A DNA stretch of 64,000 nt from Candidatus Latescibacterota bacterium (GTDB taxonomy: Bacteria > Latescibacterota > UBA2968), in assembly GCA_965205975.1 (NCBI GenBank), contig OZ242195.1, forward strand, positions 448,001 to 512,000, read 5' to 3'. Position numbers and translations under genes: made by a program. The notes under the pieces are model-generated. The model ran no database searches, was not told where the DNA came from, and saw nothing but the letters and a program-made list of their open reading frames with translations. Positions within the stretch are counted from its first letter, which is position 1, and each line of letters starts with the position of its first letter. Positions 10,036 to 19,174 of the stretch are shown one piece after another.

Positions 10036-11181
10036 ATGAAAATCGCCAAAATCGAACAATTCTTTCCCCGCCGGAGAATGCGTTTGATCAAAATTACGAC
10101 CGATACTGGTATTGTAGGGTGGGGGGAGACCACCCTTGAAGGCAAACCCAGGAGCACCTGGGCTGCCGTAGAAGAACTCGCGGATTATCTCATTGGGAAA
10201 GACCCTCTGCGGATTGAGCATCACTGGCAACACATTTACCGCTCCGCTTTTTATCGCGGGGGCAACGTGCTCATGACGGCTCTTTCGGGCATTGATCAGG
10301 CGCTTTGGGATATTGCGGGCAAATACTTCAATGTGCCGATCTATCAGCTTCTCGGTGGACCGGTGCGCGATCGCATTCGCGTTTATGCCCATTGGGGGAT
10401 TCGCGATAGTTCAGAACGCGCTTTGGATGCTGCGCGTGAGCGTCTCGAAATGCTTCAGAAAAAAGGGGGTTACAAAGCTTTTAAATCTGGACCCGGCGGC
10501 AAGTGGCGTGCCCATGAACCTCCTGAGGTGATCGACCGCTTTGTCAAATGTGCCTATACCATGCGAGAGTGGGTTGGCGATGACTGCGAACTCTGTTTTG
10601 ATTTTCACGGCAAGATGACACCCGCGCTCGCCGTGGAAATTTGCTACGAGATCAAAGGCATGCGGCCCATGTTTGTCGAAGAACCCGTGCCACAGGAAAA
10701 TGTCGATGCGCTCAAACACGTTTCCGATCATGTGCCCTTTCCCATTGCTACGGGCGAACGCCTGCTTTCGCGCTGGGAGTTTCGCACTGTTTTTGAAAAA
10801 AATGCCGTTGCCTATATCCAGCCCGATGGCTCGCATGCAGGCGGTATTTCCGAACTCAAACGCATTGCGAACATGGCCGAGGTGTATTACATGCACATCA
10901 TGCCGCATTGTGCTATTGGGCCAGTTGCGTTCTCGGCCTGTATGCAGGTTGATGCCGCTGTGCCCAATTTTCTCATTCAAGAGCAAGTTGATGCGGGTCT
11001 GGGTGAAGATCTTCTGCAAGATCCCTGGGTAGTCAAGGATGGACATATTGATTTGCCTATCAGGCCCGGCCTGGGCTTTGACCTTATTTCCACAGAAGCC
11101 GAACAAAATATCGGAGTGTACGAGGAAGAACTCGGCGGGGAATATTTTTACGAAATCGATGGCAGTGTTGCAGATTGGTAA
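10036..11181 (+). CDS. dgoD: Galactonate dehydratase-like enolase superfamily (MR/MLE) enzyme
   Basis: GIVGWGE, ALSGIDQALWDI, DFHG, FVEEP and ATGER motifs. Substrate uncertain. Confidence 0.8.
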   Translation: MKIAKIEQFFPRRRMRLIKITTDTGIVGWGETTLEGKPRSTWAAVEELADYLIGKDPLRIEHHWQHIYRSAFYRGGNVLMTALSGIDQALWDIAGKYFNVPIYQLLGGPVRDRIRVYAHWGIRDSSERALDAARERLEMLQKKGGYKAFKSGPGGKWRAHEPPEVIDRFVKCAYTMREWVGDDCELCFDFHGKMTPALAVEICYEIKGMRPMFVEEPVPQENVDALKHVSDHVPFPIATGERLLSRWEFRTVFEKNAVAYIQPDGSHAGGISELKRIANMAEVYYMHIMPHCAIGPVAFSACMQVDAAVPNFLIQEQVDAGLGEDLLQDPWVVKDGHIDLPIRPGLGFDLISTEAEQNIGVYEEELGGEYFYEIDGSVADW

Positions 11182-11184
11182 TAT

Positions 11185-12105
11185 ATGAACGAAATAACAG
11201 AACAACCCGACAAAATGGGCAAGGCGTTTCTCGATCTCGTCAATTTGGGCGAAACGCGCTGGACAAGATATATTTTAACGCTGTTGATCATTATTGCTAC
11301 CTGGACTTTGGGCAGTGGCACAGTCCTGCTTGCTGTTTATGGCCCTGAACCCGAAGGTGCTCCCATGGATGGCACAAGTCCTTTTCTGGATTTTATTGCT
11401 CTCAACTTGCTCTTTGTCACGGTGCTGATCGGTCTGTGGATTGGCATTTGCAACGCACATAAGCGCTCTTTACTCACGCTTATTACGCCACGCGATCACA
11501 TTCGCTGGGGCCGCATATTGCAGGGCTTTGGTTTGCAGATGGGCCTGGGTATTATTTTCGCAGCTATTGATGCTCTGCTTTTTCCCGATAACTACACTTA
11601 TACCCTGGACCCAGAACGCTTTTACAAATTTGCCCTTCTCGTCCTGCTCCTTACTCCTTTTCAGACCACCACCGAAGAGCTTCTCACGCGCAGTTATTTT
11701 TTGCAAATGCTCGGTCACTTCGCGCGCCATCCGATTGTCCTCATTATTCTCAATGCGCTGCCCTTTGCTCTATTTCATTTGATGAATCCCGAGATCGCGG
11801 CGTATGGCGTAGCGCCCATGTTGATTTCCTACTTTGTCGTCGGTGCATTTCTCGCCCTCGTCACGCTCAAAGACAATGGTGCAGAACTCGCTATTGGCAT
11901 TCATGCCGCGAATAACATGTTTGCAGCGGTCCTCGTCAATTACGAAGGCTCCGCGCTATCTACCAATGCCATCTTTACGATAAATGAGGTCAATGTTTGG
12001 TCCGGTACGGTTGCCTACATCGTCTCCGCAGCCATTATGTATTGGATATTATTCCGAGAACACAAATCTGAATCGGTGATCCGTACCTCGGTAGATTTGA
12101 GATGA
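11185..12105 (+). CDS. CPBP (Abi/CAAX) intramembrane metalloprotease
   Basis: EELLTR, FALFH and HAANN motifs; multiple TM helices. Confidence 0.9.
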   Translation: MNEITEQPDKMGKAFLDLVNLGETRWTRYILTLLIIIATWTLGSGTVLLAVYGPEPEGAPMDGTSPFLDFIALNLLFVTVLIGLWIGICNAHKRSLLTLITPRDHIRWGRILQGFGLQMGLGIIFAAIDALLFPDNYTYTLDPERFYKFALLVLLLTPFQTTTEELLTRSYFLQMLGHFARHPIVLIILNALPFALFHLMNPEIAAYGVAPMLISYFVVGAFLALVTLKDNGAELAIGIHAANNMFAAVLVNYEGSALSTNAIFTINEVNVWSGTVAYIVSAAIMYWILFREHKSESVIRTSVDLR

Positions 12106-12117
12106 AAGAGAGGCACT

Positions 12118-13464
12118 ATGGCAAATTCAATAGAAATCGGTATCGCACGTTCTGACATTACCCCTGCGGTGGGCATTCCCATGGTCGGTTTTGCGGGACG
12201 AGGACCTTCGACGCGTATAAACGACCCGTTATATGCCACGGCTATGGCTGTTTCCTGCGCAGGAGAGCAGGCCGTATTAATCGCTTTAGATCTCCTTCAG
12301 TTTAAGGCGGAAACGGTCGCTGAGTTTCGCACACTCATCCAGGCAGCATCGGGAATTCCTTCTGATCGGATTACTCTGGCATGCAGCCATACTCATTACG
12401 GGCCTGATGTCGATCGCGCAGGTAAGCAATCCTCGTCGTCGGGTCCGGGACCGGCTGAAGCCTCCGAGTTGGTTGATGCCTATCGGACTCATCTCGGTTT
12501 CAAACTATCGGGCCTGGTACAGGAGGCACAGCAAAATTTGAAGCCAGCGCGAATGGGTATCGGGTGGGGCAGTTCCGATATCGGTATCAATCGCAGGGAG
12601 AAGACCCCTGATGGGCGGATCATTCTCGGCAACAACTACGATGGACCTGTTGACCGCGAGGTCGGCGTGGCGCGGATTGAAGATGTAGAGGGTAATCCCA
12701 TCGCCTGCCTGGTCAATTTTGCGACGCATCCCGTTGCACAGACTTCTCAGCAACGCGCTATTTCCGCCGGGTTTCCGGGAAAGATGGCTCAGGTGGTAGA
12801 AGGTCTTACGGGCGCGTATTGTCTCTTTCTACAGGGGGCAGCTGGAAATATCAATCCGGCTTTGGGATTCCGCCGGCCGGATCATCGGCCCGAGGATCTT
12901 CACAAACCAGCGGATAGTCTGGGCATTCGGCTGGGCTGCGAAGTGGTGCGCGTGTGGGAAACCATCAGCGTTGGTGAGTCTCAAGGTTTGAATCTCGCTT
13001 CAAAGACCATAAGCCTGCCGCGCTACATGTACGGCGACTTAGAAAGCGCGAAACAACTCGATGGAGAATTTGCCCAGGAATTAGAGTCGAGAAATCTTTC
13101 CGATGGACGGCGACATTGGGCCGCGCTCAGGCAAAGTCGGGTGCAGGAAGCGATTGGTAGCTATGAGACAGGGGTTCCTCTCGATCCCGTTGAGGCAGAA
13201 TTGCAGGCCTGGCGAATTGGTGATCTCGCCTTTGTGACTGCACCTGCGGAGATTTTTACCGAAAATGGCACGCTTGTGAAAAATCAATCGCCTTTCGATC
13301 ACACTTTCTTCGTGGGCTATACCAATGGCTCCATCGGGTATGTTCCCACTGTGAAAGCCTATCCAGAAGGGGGCTACGAAGTCACCCACGCCTGCCAGGT
13401 CGATCCCGAGGCGGGCGGTATGGTCAATCAAGCCTGTCTCAACTTACTCGAACAAGTGGCGTAA
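12118..13464 (+). CDS. Neutral/alkaline ceramidase N-terminal-domain family hydrolase
   Basis: DITP..PMVG, DPLYA, SHTHYGP, NFATHP, QGAAGN and GYVPT..Y..GGYE motifs. Confidence 0.8.
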   Translation: MANSIEIGIARSDITPAVGIPMVGFAGRGPSTRINDPLYATAMAVSCAGEQAVLIALDLLQFKAETVAEFRTLIQAASGIPSDRITLACSHTHYGPDVDRAGKQSSSSGPGPAEASELVDAYRTHLGFKLSGLVQEAQQNLKPARMGIGWGSSDIGINRREKTPDGRIILGNNYDGPVDREVGVARIEDVEGNPIACLVNFATHPVAQTSQQRAISAGFPGKMAQVVEGLTGAYCLFLQGAAGNINPALGFRRPDHRPEDLHKPADSLGIRLGCEVVRVWETISVGESQGLNLASKTISLPRYMYGDLESAKQLDGEFAQELESRNLSDGRRHWAALRQSRVQEAIGSYETGVPLDPVEAELQAWRIGDLAFVTAPAEIFTENGTLVKNQSPFDHTFFVGYTNGSIGYVPTVKAYPEGGYEVTHACQVDPEAGGMVNQACLNLLEQVA

Positions 13465-13552
13465 GCGTTCGCGATACTTGCCCAGATGTGGCGTATAGAG
13501 TGCCACACCTTACCGATAAATGGATGGTTGAGGCTTTTCACCCTGCCCTATT

Positions 13553-14389
13553 ATGCACTGGCTCTTTTTTTCTATTATCCTCGACTTCGGTTTTGTCCAG
13601 CTTTTCAAGCTCGGACAAAGACGCGGCTGTTACGCGCCAGTGGTTGTTTCTGTAAATTATCTCGTCCTATCCCTCGCAATTGCCATTTATCTTTTTGTTG
13701 CCGATGCGTGGACATTTCCCTCTCTTGCCCTTTACACGGGGTTGGGAACTGGTACGGTTTTTATCAGTTCCATGTTGCTGATGAATCACGCGCTTACTCT
13801 CGCGCCCATCGGTTCTGTTGTTACGGCTTTCAGAATGTCCATTGTCATGCCTATTGTGCTGGGTATTTACCTCTGGGGCGAATCCATGGCCTCAACGCAG
13901 TTTGTGGGGCTGCTTCTCGCGCTCAGTGCGCTGGCACTTATGACTTCTCATCCGGGCAGAACCGCGCAGATCAGAGGAATAAAAGCATTTGGTTTGCTCA
14001 TCGCGGTTTGTTTCTGTCAGGGCATAAGCCATACGTGCTTGCGATCTGTACACTACAATGGTCTCGATCCCGTCTATTTACATGTCTTGATGTTCATCGG
14101 AGCAACCGCTGGACTGATAGGTGGTGTTGTCATTGCCCTGAAAAAACACCGACCACAAGGACCTGCGGTCAAACTCGGCATTTTTATTGGTCTTTACAAT
14201 GTTCTGGCGCTTTGTGTCATTATGACCGCATTAAGTAAGTTGCCGGGCACGCTTTTTTTTCCGACATTGGGATGTAGTGTTGTTGTGCTGGATAATCTCT
14301 TTGCCCATTTCTACTGGAAAGAACGCCTCGCCCGACCCGCTATTGCCGGTGTGGGGATCGCTGTTCTTGCCGTTCTTCTGGTTTTGTGA
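13553..14389 (+). CDS. DMT/EamA family transporter
   Basis: About 10 hydrophobic helices in two repeats; LWGES and YWKERL ends. Confidence 0.8.
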   Translation: MHWLFFSIILDFGFVQLFKLGQRRGCYAPVVVSVNYLVLSLAIAIYLFVADAWTFPSLALYTGLGTGTVFISSMLLMNHALTLAPIGSVVTAFRMSIVMPIVLGIYLWGESMASTQFVGLLLALSALALMTSHPGRTAQIRGIKAFGLLIAVCFCQGISHTCLRSVHYNGLDPVYLHVLMFIGATAGLIGGVVIALKKHRPQGPAVKLGIFIGLYNVLALCVIMTALSKLPGTLFFPTLGCSVVVLDNLFAHFYWKERLARPAIAGVGIAVLAVLLVL

Positions 14390-14402
14390 AAAGGAGCTTT
14401 CT

Positions 14403-15740
14403 ATGAGCCGACCCAATATTGTTTTTGTATTCGCCGATGACTGGGGTTGGGGCGATTTGAGTTGTTATGGACATCCTCATGCCAAAACGCCAAATCTGGA
14501 TCGCCTCGCCGCACAGGGGACCCTTTTTTCTCAGTTCTACGTTTGCTCCGGGGTTTGCTCTCCAAGCCGCGCCGCTGTTATGACCGGGCGTTTTCCTGCG
14601 CACTGGGGCATACACGGGCATTTTGCACAGCACGCGCAAAACGCGGCACGGGGTATGCCCAATTTTCTCGATCCCAATGCAGTGACGGTTACTGGTCTTT
14701 TACAACAAAGCGGGTACGCAGTGGGACACTTTGGCAAGTGGCATCTCGGTAGCGGCGCGGGCGTGCCCGCGCCGTATGATTACGGTATTGACGAGAGTAA
14801 AGTCAATGTGGGCAATGGCCCGTTGCTCAATTTTACCGATTTGCAGACTGGCGAGGGCCGCAGCCGCTCTACAGAGGTGATTATTGACGAAACCATTGGT
14901 TTTATTGAGCGCAATAAAGACGAGCCTTTTTTTATTCAGGCATGGCTCAATGATACCCACGCGATTCTCGATCCGACTGAAGAGCAGATGGAGCCCTACA
15001 AGCAATTCACTGCGAATGGCCTGGAGGACAAACACAAGGGCGCGTTGCGGATTTACTACTCAGTCGTCACCGATGTAGATCGCCACATTGGCCGCCTGAT
15101 GAATAAACTCGACGAATTGAATTTGGGCGATAATACCATCGTGATTTTTTCTGCGGACAACGGTCCCGAAGATATCCACGTTCGCAATGCCACGCACAGC
15201 GGCGTCGGTTCTTCTGGTCCTTTTCGCGGTCGCAAACGCAGTCTCTATGAAGGCGGTGTGCGTACGCCTTTTATTATTCGCTGGCCCACTGGCGTTTCTG
15301 CCGGGCGGATTGATAATGATACGTCGCTTTGTGCAGTTGATCTTCTGCCCACTTTTTGCAATCTGGCTGATGTTGATATCGATGGCTTAGTGCTCGATGG
15401 GGAAGATATGACCGATGCGCTATGCGGTCGCAGTACTGAAAGAAAAAAACCGCTTATGTGGGAATGGCGTTTCAATATTGCCGGTCACTGTTTGCATAAA
15501 AGCCCCATGCTTTCCATTCGAGAAGGCGATTGGAAATTGCTTTTGAATCCCGATCGCAGCCGCGTCGAGCTTTTCAATATTCCACGAGATCCGATGGAAC
15601 TCAATAATCGCTCAGAATATATGCCAGAGCGCGTCGCGGAAATGGCTGATCGGGTACTCGCCTGGCAGGATACTCTGCCCGAAGGCCCGATTGATGCCAA
15701 TGCGGGGTCGAATGCGTATCCCTGGCCCGGTACGTTTTAG
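14403..15740 (+). CDS. Cys-type sulfatase
   Basis: RPNIVFVFADDWGW, CSPSRAAVMTG and GKWHLG motifs. Start set to the ATG after AAGGAG. Confidence 0.93.
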   Translation: MSRPNIVFVFADDWGWGDLSCYGHPHAKTPNLDRLAAQGTLFSQFYVCSGVCSPSRAAVMTGRFPAHWGIHGHFAQHAQNAARGMPNFLDPNAVTVTGLLQQSGYAVGHFGKWHLGSGAGVPAPYDYGIDESKVNVGNGPLLNFTDLQTGEGRSRSTEVIIDETIGFIERNKDEPFFIQAWLNDTHAILDPTEEQMEPYKQFTANGLEDKHKGALRIYYSVVTDVDRHIGRLMNKLDELNLGDNTIVIFSADNGPEDIHVRNATHSGVGSSGPFRGRKRSLYEGGVRTPFIIRWPTGVSAGRIDNDTSLCAVDLLPTFCNLADVDIDGLVLDGEDMTDALCGRSTERKKPLMWEWRFNIAGHCLHKSPMLSIREGDWKLLLNPDRSRVELFNIPRDPMELNNRSEYMPERVAEMADRVLAWQDTLPEGPIDANAGSNAYPWPGTF

Positions 15741-15742
15741 AT

Positions 15743-16144
15743 ATGGATGCACGTCAAACTGTACACGCCTATTTTGACGCGCTTACTGCGGGAGATGCCC
15801 GACGGTTGATCGGTCTTATGTCTCGTGCGCCCTATTATGTCAAAATAGGTACAGATGAAGACGAATATATCCAGGGTGGTGAAAATATGCCCGGGTACTA
15901 TCGTCACCATGTGGATAGTACAGAGGATTTCGCCATTACATGCGATTATCTCGATGTTCAAGAGCGCGAGGCAGTTGCATGGTTTTACACACGTCAGATC
16001 TGGAATCTCAAATGGCAGGGCAAACGCGAACAATTGGCTATGCGTTTGACGGGTGTTCTCGAAAAAGAAAAAGATCAGTGGAAATTTGTCCAGGTCCACG
16101 CTTCACTCGGCGTACCTGAATCAGGAGATATACACGATGGATGA
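15743..16144 (+). CDS. SnoaL/NTF2-like protein
   Basis: RLTGVLEKEKDQWKFVQVHAS C-terminal signature. Confidence 0.85.
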   Translation: MDARQTVHAYFDALTAGDARRLIGLMSRAPYYVKIGTDEDEYIQGGENMPGYYRHHVDSTEDFAITCDYLDVQEREAVAWFYTRQIWNLKWQGKREQLAMRLTGVLEKEKDQWKFVQVHASLGVPESGDIHDG

Positions 16145-17360
16145 ACTCGCCATTAACGGTGGAGAAAAGGCCAAAATCGTTCCGTATAATCAACCGAATA
16201 AATACACTGATGAAGAGCGCGAATTGTTGCTCGAAGTTCTCGATTCGGGTAAACTGATGGGTCCGGGTGGGAAAGTCGCGGATTTTGAAGTCGAAGTGTG
16301 TCGCGCATTCGATGTCAAACACGCGATTATGGTGACATCTGGCACGGTTGCACTGCAAACGGCTCTTGCCGCGCTGGGGGTGTCTGAAGGCGATGAGGTT
16401 ATTACTACGCCTATGACGGATTTTGGTACGACTGCAGCCATTCTCGCGCTGCACGCCATCCCGATTTTTTCTGATATCGATTTGTCAACCCGCCTGCTCG
16501 ATCCTCAAAAGGTGCGCGAAAAAATTACAGATAAGACCAGGGTTATTATTACTGTTCATATGGCCGGTATGCCCTGTGAGATGGATGCGTTTATGGACAT
16601 CAGCAGGGAAACTGGGATCAAAATTCTCGAGGATTGCGCGCAGGCACACGGCGCGACTTATCGCGGTCACTTCGTCGGCGCTATTGGACACGCCGCAGGA
16701 TTTTCCATGAATGAATCCAAGCAGATTTCCACTGGCGATGGCGGTTTTGTCACGACCAATGACGATGAGACCGCTGAGATCGCCCGTCTTTTCCGCGACA
16801 AAACCTATTTGCGGGGTCAGAAACTCGAACGCGGTGTGCAACCCATTCCTTTTTTTGGTACTAATTTGCGTCCAACCTGCTTGCAAGCCGCTGTCGCTAT
16901 TGCCCAACTCCACAAGCTCGAGTACCTCGTTGCCCGCCGCGACCAGATTGTTCGGCGATACTATGCCGAGCTCGGGGATCTGCCCCATCTCGATTTTCCG
17001 AAAATTGCCGATGATGCCCACCCGTCGTGGTGGCCGCTTGCCATTCGCTATACGGGTAGCACGCCAACGCGGGATGAACTCGTCGATATTTTTCGCGCCG
17101 AGGGCGTTTCCATCAATACGAGTATGTCCGCAGTGAAAAATATTCTCCGCACGGAAGTCATTCAAAAACGCAAGTACTATCCTTTAACGGACGATATTCC
17201 GATATTCTGGCAAAATACTGCGTACAATCCCGATGACTGCCCCAATGTCGATACCCTGCAAGCCACCTGCCTGCGCCTTCCAGTGAATGAACGCTATACC
17301 GACGAGGATATCGATCAGACAATCGCGGCGGTGAAGAAGGTCTGGGCGCACTATTTTTAG
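16137..17360 (+). CDS. DegT/DnrJ/EryC1/StrS PLP-dependent aminotransferase
   Basis: SGTVAL, EDCAQAHG and FSMNESKQISTGDGG (PLP lysine). Start MDELAINGG after AGGAG. Confidence 0.9.
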   Translation: MDELAINGGEKAKIVPYNQPNKYTDEERELLLEVLDSGKLMGPGGKVADFEVEVCRAFDVKHAIMVTSGTVALQTALAALGVSEGDEVITTPMTDFGTTAAILALHAIPIFSDIDLSTRLLDPQKVREKITDKTRVIITVHMAGMPCEMDAFMDISRETGIKILEDCAQAHGATYRGHFVGAIGHAAGFSMNESKQISTGDGGFVTTNDDETAEIARLFRDKTYLRGQKLERGVQPIPFFGTNLRPTCLQAAVAIAQLHKLEYLVARRDQIVRRYYAELGDLPHLDFPKIADDAHPSWWPLAIRYTGSTPTRDELVDIFRAEGVSINTSMSAVKNILRTEVIQKRKYYPLTDDIPIFWQNTAYNPDDCPNVDTLQATCLRLPVNERYTDEDIDQTIAAVKKVWAHYF

Positions 17361-17452
17361 TGATATAGTGCGCGTTGTTTGTTGTCTTGAGCGATCATTC
17401 AGAACTGAGTAAATTGCCCATCGCAAATCCACAATAACTGGTAAAGCTAATC

Positions 17453-18274
17453 ATGATCTTAGATATCGAATCCGGCATTCGCCGTCCTAAAATTGACATG
17501 CATTGCCATGTCTGGCTTATGGATGGGTGGGAGCAGTCCGCTGATCATCTCGTCGCTTCGGGCGACATGCTCGGTATTACCGAATACTGGTGTTCCTCCG
17601 TTATCCAACAGGGCATTCTGGCACCTGTTGAGGATGTGTATCCTCACAATGATACTATTCTGAGTGCAATGGCGCGCCATCCCAAACGCGTTCGCGGCTG
17701 GTGTTTTGTCATTCCCGGGCATTTTCAAGGTGCTATAGACGAAGCCGAGCGCTGTCTCGATGCGGGCATGATTGGCATTAAGCTCTACAATCAGTACCGC
17801 ATCGACGATCCTGTCTTACACCCCATTCTCGAATTGGCGAGCGAACGGCGTGTGCCCATTCTTCAGCACGCCGGATACCCCGTTCCCGAACACCGCGCAA
17901 GCCAGCCGCTCATTTCACACGGTATTCATTTTAGCGAGGCCAGCGAAAAATATCCCGATGCGATTCTCATTCACGCCCATATCGGGGGTGGAGGTGATTG
18001 GGAACACACGGTGCGCGAAATGCGCCAGGCGTCCCCCAATGTTTATGTCGATGTGTCGGGTAGCAATCTGGACGATGGACAGGTCGAATACGCGGTTTCC
18101 GAACTCGGCGTCGAGCGCGTGCTTTTTGGCACCGATGGCACGATGGCTGGCTCGGTGGGCAAAGTTCTCGATGCAGATCTCACAGAGGACGAACGCGAAC
18201 ACATTTTTTGGACCAATGCCGAGCGCATTCTCGCGCAACAGGGGGCTACGCCCACAGAACCTCGTACCAGTTAA
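17453..18274 (+). CDS. Amidohydrolase_2 family metal-dependent hydrolase
   Basis: DMHCH, GIKL, HAHIGGG and LFGTD motifs. Confidence 0.88.
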   Translation: MILDIESGIRRPKIDMHCHVWLMDGWEQSADHLVASGDMLGITEYWCSSVIQQGILAPVEDVYPHNDTILSAMARHPKRVRGWCFVIPGHFQGAIDEAERCLDAGMIGIKLYNQYRIDDPVLHPILELASERRVPILQHAGYPVPEHRASQPLISHGIHFSEASEKYPDAILIHAHIGGGGDWEHTVREMRQASPNVYVDVSGSNLDDGQVEYAVSELGVERVLFGTDGTMAGSVGKVLDADLTEDEREHIFWTNAERILAQQGATPTEPRTS

Positions 18275-18291
18275 AGAAAGAAAACAAAAAA

Positions 18292-19089
18292 ATGCTCATA
18301 GATGTAAATGCCTGGCTCGGTACATGGCCTTTTCGCTCTCTGCGAGACAATACACCCGATGCGCTTATCACACGCCTCGACAGGTCGGGTATTGACAAAG
18401 CGGTTGTCTCTTATATCGAAGCCGCATTTCACAGACATCCGCAATCGGCGAATGAACGGCTCGCCCGCGATGTTGAATCGCATGGTGATCGCCTTATTCC
18501 AGTGGGTACAATTAATCCTCTGTCGCCGCATTGGGGAGATGATTTGACGTCTTGTATTGATCTCGGTATGAGGGGGATTCGCCTTTTTCCGCAATATCAC
18601 AATTACCAGACCGATGGTGCTGAGAGCCGAAGCGTCGTTCAAGCCTGCGCTCAGTGCAATCTTCCGGTTTTTATCCCGCATAGACTCGAAGATGTTCGGC
18701 AGCATCACTGGATGGATCCGGGACAGAGTGTTGACCTGGCACAACTCGCCAATCTGGTCGCTGCTGTACCCGATGCCGCGATTATTATTCCCAATGCCCG
18801 TCCGCTCGCGCGGTCACCGCTCTGGACGCGAGAGGACCTGCGCGATTTGAACTGGTACGTCGATCTTTCACTGGCCGAAATTCACTATGGTCTGCACAAA
18901 AATACCAATGCGATGAAGGATCTGGGATATTTGATTGAGGAAGGCGGTGCGAATCATATTCTTTTTGGTACGCACTTGCCCATCTCCTATGCTGGTCCAG
19001 CTCTTGTCAAACTCGCTATTCTGCCCGTCGATGAAGAGGCGCTCGAAGATATTAAATACCGCACGGCTGCTAAACTTCTGAATCTTTAG
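18292..19089 (+). CDS. Amidohydrolase_2-like paralogue with degenerate metal ligands
   Basis: IDVNAWLGTWPF (no HxH), GIRLFPQYH and LFGT motifs. Confidence 0.8.
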   Translation: MLIDVNAWLGTWPFRSLRDNTPDALITRLDRSGIDKAVVSYIEAAFHRHPQSANERLARDVESHGDRLIPVGTINPLSPHWGDDLTSCIDLGMRGIRLFPQYHNYQTDGAESRSVVQACAQCNLPVFIPHRLEDVRQHHWMDPGQSVDLAQLANLVAAVPDAAIIIPNARPLARSPLWTREDLRDLNWYVDLSLAEIHYGLHKNTNAMKDLGYLIEEGGANHILFGTHLPISYAGPALVKLAILPVDEEALEDIKYRTAAKLLNL

Positions 19090-19115
19090 ATAGTACCATC
19101 AAAATAGTGCAAACA

Positions 19116-19152
19116 AAATGCCCCTGTTTCATTGGTAGAAACAGGGGCGTTT
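19116..19152. terminator. Bidirectional intrinsic terminator between convergent genes
   Basis: AAATGCCCCTGTTTC-7 nt-GAAACAGGGGCGTTT inverted repeat. Confidence 0.8.
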
Positions 19153-19174
19153 GAGTTGGTATTAATGGGTTTAA

